From Myxococcota bacterium (GTDB taxonomy: Bacteria; Myxococcota_A; UBA796; UBA2385): a stretch of DNA of 64,000 bases. Below the pieces are notes generated by a model. The model saw only the letters and a program-made list of their open reading frames with translations, searched no databases and had not been told where the DNA came from. A program made the position numbers and the translations under genes. This document shows, piece after piece, positions 1-10,150 of the stretch (positions are counted from its first letter, which is position 1; every line of letters begins with the position of its first letter). The stretch is from the NCBI GenBank assembly GCA_044344255.1, contig JBIJDH010000025.1, forward strand, positions 52,477 to 116,476, read 5' to 3'.

Positions 1-1371
1 GAGGCCGGAGGTCGGGTCCTCTTCGCCGACGGCGACATGGTGCAGGTGTCCGACGACGGGATGGTGAGCTGGGGCTGGACGCTCGTGGGCACGGTCGGCC
101 TCGGTGGCCGCTCCCTCCGCCGCGATCCGCTCGACCCTGACCACATCCTCATCGGGGCCGAGGATGGGCTCTACGAGTCCTTCGATGAGGGCGACACCTG
201 GGCGCGCCGCGATGAGCTCGGCCCCGCCTTGCAGATGGGCGCCTGGGCGGAGGACGGCAGCTGGCTCGCGTACGCCTCTGCGGACACGCTCTACGTCTCG
301 ACCGACTCCGGTGCGACCTGGGTGGCGCGCGCCCTGGACTGGCCCATGGTGGAGGCGCTCGCGATCGTCGGCGATCGGTTGATCCTGTCCTGGAATGACG
401 GCCTCGTCTCCTCCGACGACGGGGGCCTCACCTGGTCGGACGACGACGAGGGGCTCACCGATCCCGGCATGGCGGTCCTCGCGCCGCACCCGGTCTGCGC
501 GAACCGCCTGTTCGCCGCCAGCCGCTGCTCGGGCGGGGTGTATCGTTCAGACGACTACGGCTCGACCTGGAGCCACGTGGAGGCCTACTTCCACTACGTG
601 ATGGGCCTTCACTTTGACCCTCAGGACCCGGAGACCGTCTGGGCGATCTCCGACGACAGTCTGCTGGTCTCTCGTGACGGCGGCAGCTCCTGGAGCCAGG
701 CGGTGCGGAAGTACCACTTCCACGGCTTCGCCGTCCACCCCGATGACTCAGACACGCTGCTGCTCGGCAGCGTCGGCAGCGGCGAGTGGGCAGACGACAC
801 GATGCGGGTCTACCGAACGGAGGACGGCGGCGAGTCCTGGACGGACGCGAGCGCCGGGTTGCCGACCTCGGAGGCCTCCGCCCATACGCTGCTCTACTGG
901 CCCGACAACCCGGAAGTGGTGCTGCTCGGCACCTACAAGGGGGAGGATCCTTCACACTTCTCCGGGTTCGGCGTCGGGTTGTTCCGCTCCGAGGACGGCG
1001 GTCAGAGCTGGACCGAGAGCCCCCTGCCGGCGGTGGACGTCGCCTGGCTCTCTCCCTGTCCCGGCGGCGTGGTGGCCACCACCGAGGATGGGCTCTATCG
1101 CTCGCGCGACGAGGGGCGGAGCTGGGAGCGCCTCCTGGGGCCGGAGGGGCTGCTCCTCTCGGCCGACTTCGCGGGGGAGCTCGGCCTCACGCTCGGGCAG
1201 GACGGGCGGGTGTGGCGCAGCGATGATGGGGGAGACACCTGGGCCCGCTTCGACATCGGGCTCACCTCGAACCCGACCTCCTTCCTGGCCTCGATCGCCA
1301 TCTCGGCCGATGGTGAGACCGCCTGGGTCACGGTCTTCGACGACGGGGTCTATCGGATCGCCCTGGAGTGA
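1..1371 (+). CDS. BNR/Asp-box repeat beta-propeller protein (VPS10/YCF48-like), 5' partial
   Basis: Frame open from base 1; many S/T-x-D-x-G-x-S/T-W Asp-box repeats (SFDEGDTW, STDSGATW, SDDGGLTW, SDDYGSTW, SRDGGSSW, SEDGGQSW). Confidence 0.85.
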   Translation, partial: EAGGRVLFADGDMVQVSDDGMVSWGWTLVGTVGLGGRSLRRDPLDPDHILIGAEDGLYESFDEGDTWARRDELGPALQMGAWAEDGSWLAYASADTLYVSTDSGATWVARALDWPMVEALAIVGDRLILSWNDGLVSSDDGGLTWSDDDEGLTDPGMAVLAPHPVCANRLFAASRCSGGVYRSDDYGSTWSHVEAYFHYVMGLHFDPQDPETVWAISDDSLLVSRDGGSSWSQAVRKYHFHGFAVHPDDSDTLLLGSVGSGEWADDTMRVYRTEDGGESWTDASAGLPTSEASAHTLLYWPDNPEVVLLGTYKGEDPSHFSGFGVGLFRSEDGGQSWTESPLPAVDVAWLSPCPGGVVATTEDGLYRSRDEGRSWERLLGPEGLLLSADFAGELGLTLGQDGRVWRSDDGGDTWARFDIGLTSNPTSFLASIAISADGETAWVTVFDDGVYRIALE

Positions 1372-1403
1372 CCGTCGAAGTGGGCCGGCCCGTCGCTCGG
1401 GCC

Positions 1404-2912
1404 TCAGGGGGTGTGGAGGTCGAGGAGGTAGACCCGCCCCGCGTAGAGGCCCCCGCTGTTGTTCCAGCGGGCGCCTACGGCGAGGCGGTCGAGGCCGAAG
1501 AGGCTGATCGCGCTCGCGAGGTTGTCGGCGTCGGCCTCCGCGTCGAGGGTGGCGGAGGCGGCGTCGACGGTGAGGGTCCCCGGAGACCAGGGGCCCTCCC
1601 AGAGATAGGCGGCGCCGCCCTCGTAGCGGCGTCGATCGCTGGAGGGGGCGCCGATGAGGAGCTCGAGCTCGCCGTCCCCGTCGAGGTCGATCGGGGCGTG
1701 CAGGCTGGCGCCGAAGAGGTCGCCGGTGGCCTCTCCCACGAAGGTGGTGCGGGCGAGCTGGTCGATGCGACCCTCGAGGAGGGGGCCGGAGAGGAGGTAG
1801 ACCCGGCCCGCCTCTTGGCCGTCCGCGGAGACGAGCAGGTCGTCGTAGCCGTCGTGATCGAGGTCTCCGGGCTCGGTGATCGGGGTCCCGGCGTAGCTGC
1901 CCATCGCCGGGCCGTGGAGGCGGACGTCGGCGTCGGCGACCCCGCCGGGGCCCGGGGCGAGCGGGCCCTCCCAGACGAAGACCCCGCCCGTGTTGGGGCC
2001 CAGCTCGACGTCGCCGCTCGCCCCGAGGGCGAGGTCGGTGAGGCCATCCCCGCTCCAGTCCGACCGCCCGGCGAGGGACTGGCCGATCGCGTCCCCCGAG
2101 CCATAGGCCCCGTGCGGGGGGGGCGCGGCGGCGGGAGGGGCGGCCCCGGTGAGCGCCGCGGTTGAGCCGCCGGAGAGGGCGGCCCAGGCGCTCGTGATCG
2201 AGCGGGCGCCGGCCTCGACCGGCCCCGCGACGAGGTAGGCGCGGCCCCCGCCGGCCCCCCCGTTGTCATTGCCGGGCGCCCCGAAGAGGAGGTCGCCCTG
2301 GCCGTCGCCGGTGAGGTCGCCGGTGGGGGCGAGGGCGGCGCCGAGGTAGTCGCCCGCGTCCTCGCCCGTCCAGGTGGCGAAGCTGTCGGCCAGCGGGGTG
2401 TCCGGCGCCCCTGCCGGGACGGGCCCGCTCACGAGGTAGACCTTCCCGCTGTTACCGCCCGCCTCCCGGTTGGCGATGGCGCCGATGAGCAGGTCATCGT
2501 AGGCGTCGCCGCTGCGGTCGTCGGTGCCGGCGGTGGCGTAGCCGGCGTAGTCGTACTCCACCTCCCCCTGAAGGGTGCCGAGGGGCCCGAGGTCCGCCCC
2601 GGACCAGAGGGTGGCTCGGTTGCCGAGGGGGCCCGAGACGACAAGATCGGTGAGGCCGTCGCCGTCGAGGTCAGCCCCCCCGTCGAGGCAGCCGCCGGCG
2701 CTGTCACCGTCCGTCCCGTCGAGCACGGCGAAGGGCTCGAGGTTCTGGCCCGGCGTCGGCCCGCCGCTGTCGTCCCCCTCGCCGCCTTCGCCGCCGCCCT
2801 CGCCGCCGGGCTTGCCCGAGAGCCCGGACTCCCCGTCGCAGGCGCCGAGCAGGAGGGGCAGGAGGGGCAGGAGGGGCAGGCGGCGGCGACGTCGGGCGGG
2901 GAGGGGGCGCAT
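1404..2912 (-). CDS. FG-GAP (integrin-alpha-like) repeat lipoprotein
   Basis: Lipobox LLGAC; repeated DxDGDGxxDLLxGAP...GxxYL units. Confidence 0.9.
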   Translation of the reverse strand: MRPLPARRRRRLPLLPLLPLLLGACDGESGLSGKPGGEGGGEGGEGDDSGGPTPGQNLEPFAVLDGTDGDSAGGCLDGGADLDGDGLTDLVVSGPLGNRATLWSGADLGPLGTLQGEVEYDYAGYATAGTDDRSGDAYDDLLIGAIANREAGGNSGKVYLVSGPVPAGAPDTPLADSFATWTGEDAGDYLGAALAPTGDLTGDGQGDLLFGAPGNDNGGAGGGRAYLVAGPVEAGARSITSAWAALSGGSTAALTGAAPPAAAPPPHGAYGSGDAIGQSLAGRSDWSGDGLTDLALGASGDVELGPNTGGVFVWEGPLAPGPGGVADADVRLHGPAMGSYAGTPITEPGDLDHDGYDDLLVSADGQEAGRVYLLSGPLLEGRIDQLARTTFVGEATGDLFGASLHAPIDLDGDGELELLIGAPSSDRRRYEGGAAYLWEGPWSPGTLTVDAASATLDAEADADNLASAISLFGLDRLAVGARWNNSGGLYAGRVYLLDLHTP

Positions 2913-2994
2913 CGCCGTCCCTTAACGGGGGAGGCGCGCACGCCGCCCGTTCGCGGGGTCGCCGCTGCCCCGGGCGGGGATAGGGCCCTGGGTC

Positions 2995-4506
2995 ATGAGC
3001 ACAGACTGCGACGTCCTGGTGATCGGCGCGGGCATGGGCGGCCTCGGCGCGGCGCTGTCCCTGGCCGAGGCGGGCGTGCGGGTCTCCCTGTCGGAGGCCC
3101 TCGCCTACCCCGGCGGTTGCGCCTCCACCTTTCAACGACGGGGCTACCGCTTCGAGGCCGGGGCCACCCTGTCTTCGGGCTTGGGCGCAGATCAGCTCTT
3201 TGGCCGGTGGATCGATCGGTATCAGCTCCCGGTGCGGGTCGAGTGGATGGACCCCCTCGTCGAGCTGCGAACGCCAGACCTTCGGCTGCCCGTGCTCCGC
3301 GATCGCGCCGCGTTCCAGGCCTCGCTGGCTGCGCTGCCGGGGGCGCCGGTCGAGGCGCTGCGCTCGTTCTTCGCCGATCAGCGGGCCGTCGCCGACACCC
3401 TCTGGCAGCTCTTCGACGATCCGGCGCTGCTCCCGCCCCTCTCGGCGGAGAGCCTCCTCCAGCACCTGCGCCGCCTCCCTCGGTACCTGCCCCTGCTCGG
3501 CCTCGTCGGCCGCCCGCTCTCGGCGGTGCTGGCGCGGTACGGCCTCGACCGCTGGCCCCCGCTGCGCAGCTACCTCGAGGGCCTGTGTCAGATCACGGTG
3601 CAGTGCGGGGTGGACGAGGCCGAGGCGCCCTTCGCGATGGCGGCGATGGACTACTACTGGCGCGGGACCGGGCATATCTGTGGGGGGATCGGCGCGTTGG
3701 CGGTGGGGTTGGTCGCCGCGCTCCGGGGCCTCGGGGCGGATGTCCGAATGGCCGACCGGGTGACCGCGCTGCGGTGGTCGGGCGACCACTGGCGCGTCCA
3801 GAGCCGCTCGGGCGAGCGGCGGGCGCGGCGGGTGGTGGCCAACCTCCTGCCCGGAGATCTCGGCCGGCTGCTCGCTCCGGAGGGCCCGGGCGAAAGCGCG
3901 GCGTCCCCTTGGCCGTGGGCGTCGTCGCTCTCGGAGCGGCAAGCCTCGGTCTCCCGAGGCTGGGGTGCGGTGATGCTCTATCGGGTGGTCCGCGCCCCGC
4001 CCGGCTCGGCCCACCACCTCGACCTCTGTCTCGACCCTCAGGCGCCGTGGACGGAGGGAAATCACGTCTTCGTCTCGCTCTCCGGGGCTGAAGATGCCCG
4101 CGGGGAGCGCCCCGGTGAGCGGGTCCTCACGGCCTCCACCCACGTCGCCCTCGAGCGCCTCCGCGAGACCGATGCGGCTCCTGAGGTGGAGCGGATCCAG
4201 GCCGCGATGCGCCGCACGGTCCGGGAGCTGGCGCCGGAGCTCGAGGAGGTGGCCTTCGAGATGACGGCCTCTCCCCGCACCTTCGCGCGCTTCACTCGGC
4301 GCGCGGAGGGCGCCGTGGGGGGGGTGCCCCGTCGGGCGGGCCTCGCCGCGTACGCCCAGCTCGGGCCGGTCTCACCCCGTCCGGGGCTCTGGCTGGTGGG
4401 CGACTCGGTCTTCCCCGGCCAGAGCACCTTCGCCACCGCGGTCGGCGGCACGAGGGTGGCCGCCGCGATCCTCCGAGCCGGGTTTGGCGGAGCGGGAGCG
4501 GGATGA
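2995..4506 (+). CDS. FAD-dependent oxidoreductase, phytoene desaturase/CrtD-like family
   Basis: N-terminal VIGAGMGG dinucleotide motif, PGGCASTF-x-R-x-GYRFEAGAT, C-terminal GLWLVGDSVFPGQ. Confidence 0.85.
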   Translation: MSTDCDVLVIGAGMGGLGAALSLAEAGVRVSLSEALAYPGGCASTFQRRGYRFEAGATLSSGLGADQLFGRWIDRYQLPVRVEWMDPLVELRTPDLRLPVLRDRAAFQASLAALPGAPVEALRSFFADQRAVADTLWQLFDDPALLPPLSAESLLQHLRRLPRYLPLLGLVGRPLSAVLARYGLDRWPPLRSYLEGLCQITVQCGVDEAEAPFAMAAMDYYWRGTGHICGGIGALAVGLVAALRGLGADVRMADRVTALRWSGDHWRVQSRSGERRARRVVANLLPGDLGRLLAPEGPGESAASPWPWASSLSERQASVSRGWGAVMLYRVVRAPPGSAHHLDLCLDPQAPWTEGNHVFVSLSGAEDARGERPGERVLTASTHVALERLRETDAAPEVERIQAAMRRTVRELAPELEEVAFEMTASPRTFARFTRRAEGAVGGVPRRAGLAAYAQLGPVSPRPGLWLVGDSVFPGQSTFATAVGGTRVAAAILRAGFGGAGAG

Positions 4507-4580
4507 ACGACCGCGTTGGGGCGACGCTCCGGTCGATGGTGCCGCGGACTTCGGGTAGAGTGCGGGGGAACGAGGTCGCC

Positions 4581-6722
4581 ATGTCTCCCCGCGCGCGTCG
4601 CCTGCACCTGCTCCTCGCGATCGCCCTCGGGTCTAGCGGCCTCGCGGGATGCATTGAGAACGGGCTCAGCCCCAAGTTCTTCCCGAACGCGCCCGCCGAC
4701 ACCGCCACCTCGAGCACCGACAGCGGCATCCCCACCGACACCGCCCTCACGGCGGACTGCCCCGAGGGCGACGGCCTCGCGACCTCGGTGTCCTTCGATG
4801 AGAGCTGCCAGCATGAGGCGGTCAGCGGGCCCTTGGAGGCGGTGGTCGAGTGGTCCTTCGACGTCTTCGGAAACTACGGGGAGTACAACGAGCTGCTCGG
4901 CACCCCGGTGGTCGGGCAGCTCTCAGATGACAACCTCGACGGCTTCATCGACGAGCAGGACATCCCCGACATCGTCTTCGTGGCCGATGATCACGGCACC
5001 CACAACCATCGGAAGGGCATCCTCCGCGTCATTCAGGGGGACGGGCTGAATTATGGCTCGGCCATCGCCGAGGCCGTCTCCGATGGCTGGCAGGTCTATC
5101 CCTATCGGTACTCGAACACCGCGATTGGAGACATCGACAACGACGGTGTGACCGAGATCGTCATCATCTCGCAGGTCATCGCCGACACCGGCGGCGGAGA
5201 TGGCGGCGGGGACGGCGGCGGCGGGGGCAGCGACACCGCTCCCCCGGCCGACGGCGGCGGAGACGGCGGCCCGCCCGGGGGCGGAGACACCGGCGGCTCC
5301 ACCGACAACCCGGTCGGCCCGCCGCCCCCCTTGGACGAGGGGCTCACGTGTCGGCTCTCGGCCTGGAACGCGTCGGGGGAGCTCGAGTGGCTCGCAGACG
5401 CCGTCGAGCTCACCTGCTCGGGCCACGCCCCCTCGATCGCTGATCTGGACGGGGACGGCGCGGTGGAGGTGGTGGTCGGCCCCTACATCTTTGACGGCGC
5501 CACCGGGGCGATCGAGGCCCAGGGCGCCGAGGGGCAGGGCTTCTACCCCTCCAACCTCGAGACGGGCATGCACTCCGTGGTGGCTGACCTCGACATGGAC
5601 GGCGCCCAGGAGGTCATCGCCGGGCCCACCCGCTACGACGCGACCGGGGCCGTGATCTGCACGGCCGCCGGAGTAGACGACGGCTTCGTGGCGGTCGCCG
5701 ACTTTGACCTCGATGGGGCGGGCGAGTGGGTGGTCACCGCGAACGGCCAGGTGACCGTGATGGACACCGACTGCTCGGTGATGGCCGTCTGGGCCCTGTC
5801 CGGCGGGGGGAACGGCGGGCCGCCCACGGTCGCAGACTTCGACGCCGATCTCGCCCCCGAGATCGGCATCGCCGACGCCGGCGCCTACGCCGTCTATGAG
5901 CCCAGCGGCGCGCTCCTGTGGTCGATGCCGGTCACCGACGCCTCCTCGCACACGACCGGCTCCTCCGTGTTCGACTTCGAGGGCGACGGCTACCCCGAGG
6001 TGGTCTACGCCGACGAGACGCGGCTCTGGGTGTTCGCTGGCGGCACCGGTGAGGTGCGGCTGGAGGACGATCGCCACGCCAGCCGCACGCTCCACGAGTA
6101 CCCCACCATCGTCGACGTCGATCGCGACGGCTCCTCGGAGATCGTGGTGCCCAACGGCGGCGGTCACCAGGACGAGGGCCTGACCGGCCTCTACATCCTC
6201 GGGCCTGCGTTCGGCTCCTGGAACATGAGTCGACAGGTCTGGAACCAGCATGCGTACAGCATCACCAACATCAACGAAGACTTGAGCGTCCCTGCGCACC
6301 CGGTCAGCAACTGGCCCACCCACAACAATTTCCGCAGCGGCGATCTCACCCCGCCCTCTGGCAGCGCGCAGCCGGACGCCGTCCCCCTCGCCGAGGTCTG
6401 CGTCGAGAGCTGCGGCGCGGGCACCTTCCTGGTCAACCTCCGCCTCGGCAACTCCGGCGCCGGCGGTCTGCGGGGGGAGCTGCCGGTCTCGATCTACAAC
6501 GAGCGCGCCGACGGGCTGCGCACGTTGATCACCACGGTCTGGACGACCGACTCGGCCGACAAGGGGCACGTGACCTCGCTCGTCACGGTCGAGATCGACG
6601 TCGCCTCCGTCCCCGACGGCACGCTCGTCTTTGTCGCCGACGACTTCGAGGGGCAGAGCTGGGTGTCGGAGTGCCGAGAGGACAACAACGAGCAGCGGGT
6701 CGAGGGCGTCGTCTGCCCCTGA
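4581..6722 (+). CDS. FG-GAP/VCBS repeat lipoprotein with C-terminal CARDB-like domain
   Basis: ATG 4581 after GAGGT; lipobox LAGC; DxDxDGxxE repeats; WNQHAYSITN motif; C-terminal ECREDNN. Confidence 0.85.
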   Translation: MSPRARRLHLLLAIALGSSGLAGCIENGLSPKFFPNAPADTATSSTDSGIPTDTALTADCPEGDGLATSVSFDESCQHEAVSGPLEAVVEWSFDVFGNYGEYNELLGTPVVGQLSDDNLDGFIDEQDIPDIVFVADDHGTHNHRKGILRVIQGDGLNYGSAIAEAVSDGWQVYPYRYSNTAIGDIDNDGVTEIVIISQVIADTGGGDGGGDGGGGGSDTAPPADGGGDGGPPGGGDTGGSTDNPVGPPPPLDEGLTCRLSAWNASGELEWLADAVELTCSGHAPSIADLDGDGAVEVVVGPYIFDGATGAIEAQGAEGQGFYPSNLETGMHSVVADLDMDGAQEVIAGPTRYDATGAVICTAAGVDDGFVAVADFDLDGAGEWVVTANGQVTVMDTDCSVMAVWALSGGGNGGPPTVADFDADLAPEIGIADAGAYAVYEPSGALLWSMPVTDASSHTTGSSVFDFEGDGYPEVVYADETRLWVFAGGTGEVRLEDDRHASRTLHEYPTIVDVDRDGSSEIVVPNGGGHQDEGLTGLYILGPAFGSWNMSRQVWNQHAYSITNINEDLSVPAHPVSNWPTHNNFRSGDLTPPSGSAQPDAVPLAEVCVESCGAGTFLVNLRLGNSGAGGLRGELPVSIYNERADGLRTLITTVWTTDSADKGHVTSLVTVEIDVASVPDGTLVFVADDFEGQSWVSECREDNNEQRVEGVVCP

Positions 6723-6733
6723 GGGGCGGGCCT

Positions 6734-6763
6734 CTCGACTACCCTCAACTACCCTCAGCCACC
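6734..6763. repeat. 10-bp tandem repeat x3 overlapping a stop codon
   Basis: ctcgactacc ctcaactacc ctcagccacc; tca at 6755-6757 is the stop of the minus-strand gene. Confidence 0.7.
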
Positions 6764-7861
6764 CTCGGCGCGGCGGGCGAGGTCGGCCTCGACCATCGCG
6801 TCCCGGAAGAAGCGCCCGAACTCCAAGAGCAGCGTCAAGGTCTCGATCATCTCCAGCCCGAAGGTGCCGTCTCGGAGCACCTGGACCCTGCCCCCCTCGA
6901 TGCGGGTCCCGGGCCAGCGCCGATACAAGGCCGTGAGCCGCTTCACCACCTCGGGCTCGGCGAAGAGCTGATTGACGAATTCTGCGTCCTTACAGTCCAC
7001 GGCCAGGGAGTCGCCGATCTGGGCGTCGGTGGGGTTGGCGCCGGCGGCGCCCAGCACGTCGAGGCGCTGGAGGACCCGCAGCGAGGCCGCGGCGCGCACC
7101 GGCAGCGAGACTTGGACGCGGCTCTGGGCGCTCCGCCCCGCGCCGGGAGGGGACTCGATCACGAGCACCTTGAGGCCGTCCACGGCGCCCTGGATGCAGC
7201 GCGTGCCGGTCGCGGTGGCGCCGGAGTAGCCGAGGGCGAAGCGGCTGGCCGTGGCACGCCAGGGGCGATCCCCGCTCTCGCTGATCGCCGCGGCGAGCAC
7301 CCCGCCGATCTCGAGGAGGTCGCCGAGCTCGGCGCCGACGATGCCGCGCCGCTCGAGCTCCACCGCCCGATCGGTCACGCGGAGGTAGTCCGAGCGCTGG
7401 AGGCCGAGGAGCAGGGCCGCGGAGACCGCCGGGTCGTTGACCACCTGGAGGGTGCGGGTCCGCTCCTGGCCGCGCACGCGGATGGCTCGATCGAGGGGCT
7501 CGGACCCGAGCGGGATCTCGTCGGGGAGCGCGCCCATGGCCGCGCCGCGCAGCAGCCGTCGGGGCAGGATCTCGAGGCCGGCCGGAGCCCCGCCGCTGAG
7601 CTCCATCCGCAGCACCGTCGACAGGCGCAGCGGGAGGCCCACCCGGCTGGTTCCTAAGGCGATGGAGACGGGCACGCCGTGGTACAGCCCGCGGAGGGTG
7701 GAGCGATAGGGGTCGGGATCTTCTTGGAAGGTGAGCTTGTAGCGGGCGGCGAGCTGACCCCATTGGGCGATGCGCGTGCGGGCCGCCCCTTGCACGAAGC
7801 GGTTGCCGACCCCGAGGAGGACGACCATCGACAGGAGCGCGAGGGCGAGGCCGGCCGTCAC
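6755..7861 (-). CDS. Hypothetical membrane-anchored protein with two internally similar halves
   Basis: N-terminal hydrophobic helix; WGQLAARYKLTF..LRGLYHGVPV resembles WRATASRFALGY..IQGAVDGLKV. Confidence 0.7.
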   Translation of the reverse strand: MTAGLALALLSMVVLLGVGNRFVQGAARTRIAQWGQLAARYKLTFQEDPDPYRSTLRGLYHGVPVSIALGTSRVGLPLRLSTVLRMELSGGAPAGLEILPRRLLRGAAMGALPDEIPLGSEPLDRAIRVRGQERTRTLQVVNDPAVSAALLLGLQRSDYLRVTDRAVELERRGIVGAELGDLLEIGGVLAAAISESGDRPWRATASRFALGYSGATATGTRCIQGAVDGLKVLVIESPPGAGRSAQSRVQVSLPVRAAASLRVLQRLDVLGAAGANPTDAQIGDSLAVDCKDAEFVNQLFAEPEVVKRLTALYRRWPGTRIEGGRVQVLRDGTFGLEMIETLTLLLEFGRFFRDAMVEADLARRAEGG

Positions 7862-7882
7862 GGGGTGCCCGTGCTCGAAGAG

Positions 7883-9382
7883 TCAGTATTCATCGATATT
7901 TGCGTCCATCCACTCAAGCCGCGCGCCCGCCCATTCGCGCACCCGGCTATCCTCTTCGGCGTAGCTCGCCACCGGGTAGAGGTACCCGCCGAATTGGATG
8001 GTGCCGATGGGCCAGAGGTCGAAGTTCTCGTCGATCGCGGCCTCGGTCATCGTGGCCTGGTAGCCGTCGATGCGGGCGTTGATCTCTGCCTCGTCGAAGG
8101 GGCCGCCGCGGAGCTCGGCCCAGCGCTCGGCGAGGCGGACGGTGAAGGCGGGGTCGGCGACCATCGTGGCGACCCACGCGGGCCGATAGGCGACCCAGGA
8201 GGCGGGGTTCTCGTTGTCGTTGTAGCTGGGCTGACCGAGAGAGAGATCGAGGTCCCACGGCGTGAAGTGGAGCTTCCCGTCCGCCGCCTTCCAGGCGTGG
8301 ACCGAGAGGAACCAGGCGTCGTTGTTCTTGGTGAGCTCCTCGATGAGGACCAGGTTGACGAGGCTGTCGAGGTCGACGTAGGTCCAGATGCCCGTCTCGG
8401 CGTTGTAGGGGTCCGCGCTCTCCAGGGCGCCGTAGAGGCCCGTGAAGAAATTCACCACCTCCGCCCGGGCCTCGGTGCTGAGCGACTCCTGGCTGGGGGA
8501 GACCACCCGCCAGCCGCCGGTGCCGAGGCGATTTGGATAGACAAAGTCGCTGTCGTGGAGCTTGACGACGAAGGCGCGGCCGCTGTCGCCGTCGAGGTCG
8601 ATCGCGACGCGGTCGTCGTCGGCCTTGACCCGCTCGACGAGGGCGTAGAGGCCCAGGACCCCGCCGTCCAAGGTCAGGCGGCAGTAGACCGACTGGGGCG
8701 CATAGTCGTCGGGTGACATGAGCTGGAAGAGGTCGTAGCCGAGCTTGTTTCGGAACAGCGCGCGATCGAAGTACATCCCATTCAACACCCAGTCGCTCTC
8801 GGCGCCCATCCCGAAGAGGTTGTGCGCGGAGGGCGCCCCCACCTCGTCCCTCAGCTCGACCGAGTATTGGGGCTTGGGCGCGCCGAAGGAGGAGCGCCCC
8901 CGCATCTCCATCCCGGCGGTCCCGTCAAAGAGCACGGCGCCGCCATCGCTCTCGGCGGCGGTCACCCGGAGCGCGCAGTCGAGCTTGGGCTCGTCGGGGA
9001 TGGACGAAGGGCAGGTGACCACCACCTCGCAGAGGGCGGGATCTCCGTCATTGAGGGGGTCCTCGGCCCCGCCGAGGGCCTCAACGGGCGCGTCTTCGGG
9101 GCCCCCGCCGTCGGTGCCGTCGGTGCCGTCGGTGCCGTCGGTGCCGTCGGTGCCGTCGGTGCCGTCGCTGCCCTCCGCGCCGCCGGAGTCTGCGGTGGGC
9201 ACCCTACCCTGCGCACCGATCACGCCCTCCGAGCAGCCGAGGAGGAGGCCGAGCGCAGTGAAGAGGACCGTGAAGAGGACCGTGGGGAGGACCGTGGGGA
9301 GGACCGTGAGGCGGAGCGGGAAGCGCCGCGCGCCCGATAGGGGGGGGGTGCGGAGGTCCGGTGCGGCGCGGGGCGTGGGCAT
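7883..9382 (-). CDS. CotH kinase family lipoprotein
   Basis: RGRSS..PKPQYSVEL, DWVL...DRALFRN, GLYALVERVK, PWDLDLSLG motifs; lipobox LLGC. Start position uncertain. Confidence 0.9.
   Translation of the reverse strand: MPTPRAAPDLRTPPLSGARRFPLRLTVLPTVLPTVLFTVLFTALGLLLGCSEGVIGAQGRVPTADSGGAEGSDGTDGTDGTDGTDGTDGTDGGGPEDAPVEALGGAEDPLNDGDPALCEVVVTCPSSIPDEPKLDCALRVTAAESDGGAVLFDGTAGMEMRGRSSFGAPKPQYSVELRDEVGAPSAHNLFGMGAESDWVLNGMYFDRALFRNKLGYDLFQLMSPDDYAPQSVYCRLTLDGGVLGLYALVERVKADDDRVAIDLDGDSGRAFVVKLHDSDFVYPNRLGTGGWRVVSPSQESLSTEARAEVVNFFTGLYGALESADPYNAETGIWTYVDLDSLVNLVLIEELTKNNDAWFLSVHAWKAADGKLHFTPWDLDLSLGQPSYNDNENPASWVAYRPAWVATMVADPAFTVRLAERWAELRGGPFDEAEINARIDGYQATMTEAAIDENFDLWPIGTIQFGGYLYPVASYAEEDSRVREWAGARLEWMDANIDEY
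9107..9169. repeat. 9-bp tandem repeat encoding a (GTD)n linker
   Basis: (gccgtcggt)n, about 6-7 copies, inside the CotH gene. Confidence 0.9.
9258..9305. repeat. 12-bp tandem repeat x4 encoding TVLP/TVLF in the signal peptide
   Basis: gtgaagaggacc x2 then gtggggaggacc x2. Confidence 0.85.
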
Positions 9383-9425
9383 CGTCGGAGTCTACGCCCG
9401 GCCCCTGGGCCTCCGCTACCGGCGC

Positions 9426-10046
9426 TCAGGCTTTCTCGGCCAGGGCCCAGACCACGACGGGGTAGTTGGGCTCGTTCACGAGCGAGCCGCCGAAGCCTCG
9501 ACGGGCCCATTGATCGAGGTTGGCCCGGACACAGGCGCGGTTGCCCCAGGAGCCGGTCACGATGCGATCGATCGGGAAGCCGGCCTCGGCGAGGAAGTGG
9601 CGGAGCCCGATCTCGGTCCACCGGGAGCAGTCGGTGGGGTTGGCGTGGACCCGGATGAGGAAGGGGGTGGCGATGAGGAAGCGGCCGCCGGGGCGGAGGC
9701 CGTCGAGCACGGTCCGCGCGGCCCGGTAGGGCCAGAGAAGGTGCTCCCAGACTTGATCGGCGATGATGAGGTCGACCGGCGCGGGGATGGGGTCCCGGCA
9801 GACGTCGAAGTCCGGGTACTGCAGCGAGCGGTAGGAGCGGAAGCCCGTGTCCTTGTAGCGGCTGCCCGAGATCTCGAGGCAGTCCCGTCGGCTCGGATCG
9901 AGCCCGGCGATGAGCTTGTCCATCTCCTCGTACATGACGACCCGGGCCCACGGGCTGTCGTCGTAGCCGATGCCACCGAGGGCGCGGCGGAGCAGGGCCC
10001 GGCGAGCCGGGCTGAGGAGCGAGCGGGCGAGGCGACGGGCGGACAT
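9426..10046 (-). CDS. Class I SAM-dependent methyltransferase-like protein
   Basis: CLEISG, DLIIADQVWEH, LRPGGRFLIATPF, HxxPxDxxRW motifs. Confidence 0.8.
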   Translation of the reverse strand: MSARRLARSLLSPARRALLRRALGGIGYDDSPWARVVMYEEMDKLIAGLDPSRRDCLEISGSRYKDTGFRSYRSLQYPDFDVCRDPIPAPVDLIIADQVWEHLLWPYRAARTVLDGLRPGGRFLIATPFLIRVHANPTDCSRWTEIGLRHFLAEAGFPIDRIVTGSWGNRACVRANLDQWARRGFGGSLVNEPNYPVVVWALAEKA

Positions 10047-10150
10047 CCCTCGCCCTTATTCTTCTGCGGCCCGCCCCGCCGCCGCGGAGTCGTGCTGACC
10101 ACCCCCGGGCGGGCGCAGGTTGAGATAGACAGTCCGCCCTCGGAGCGCTC

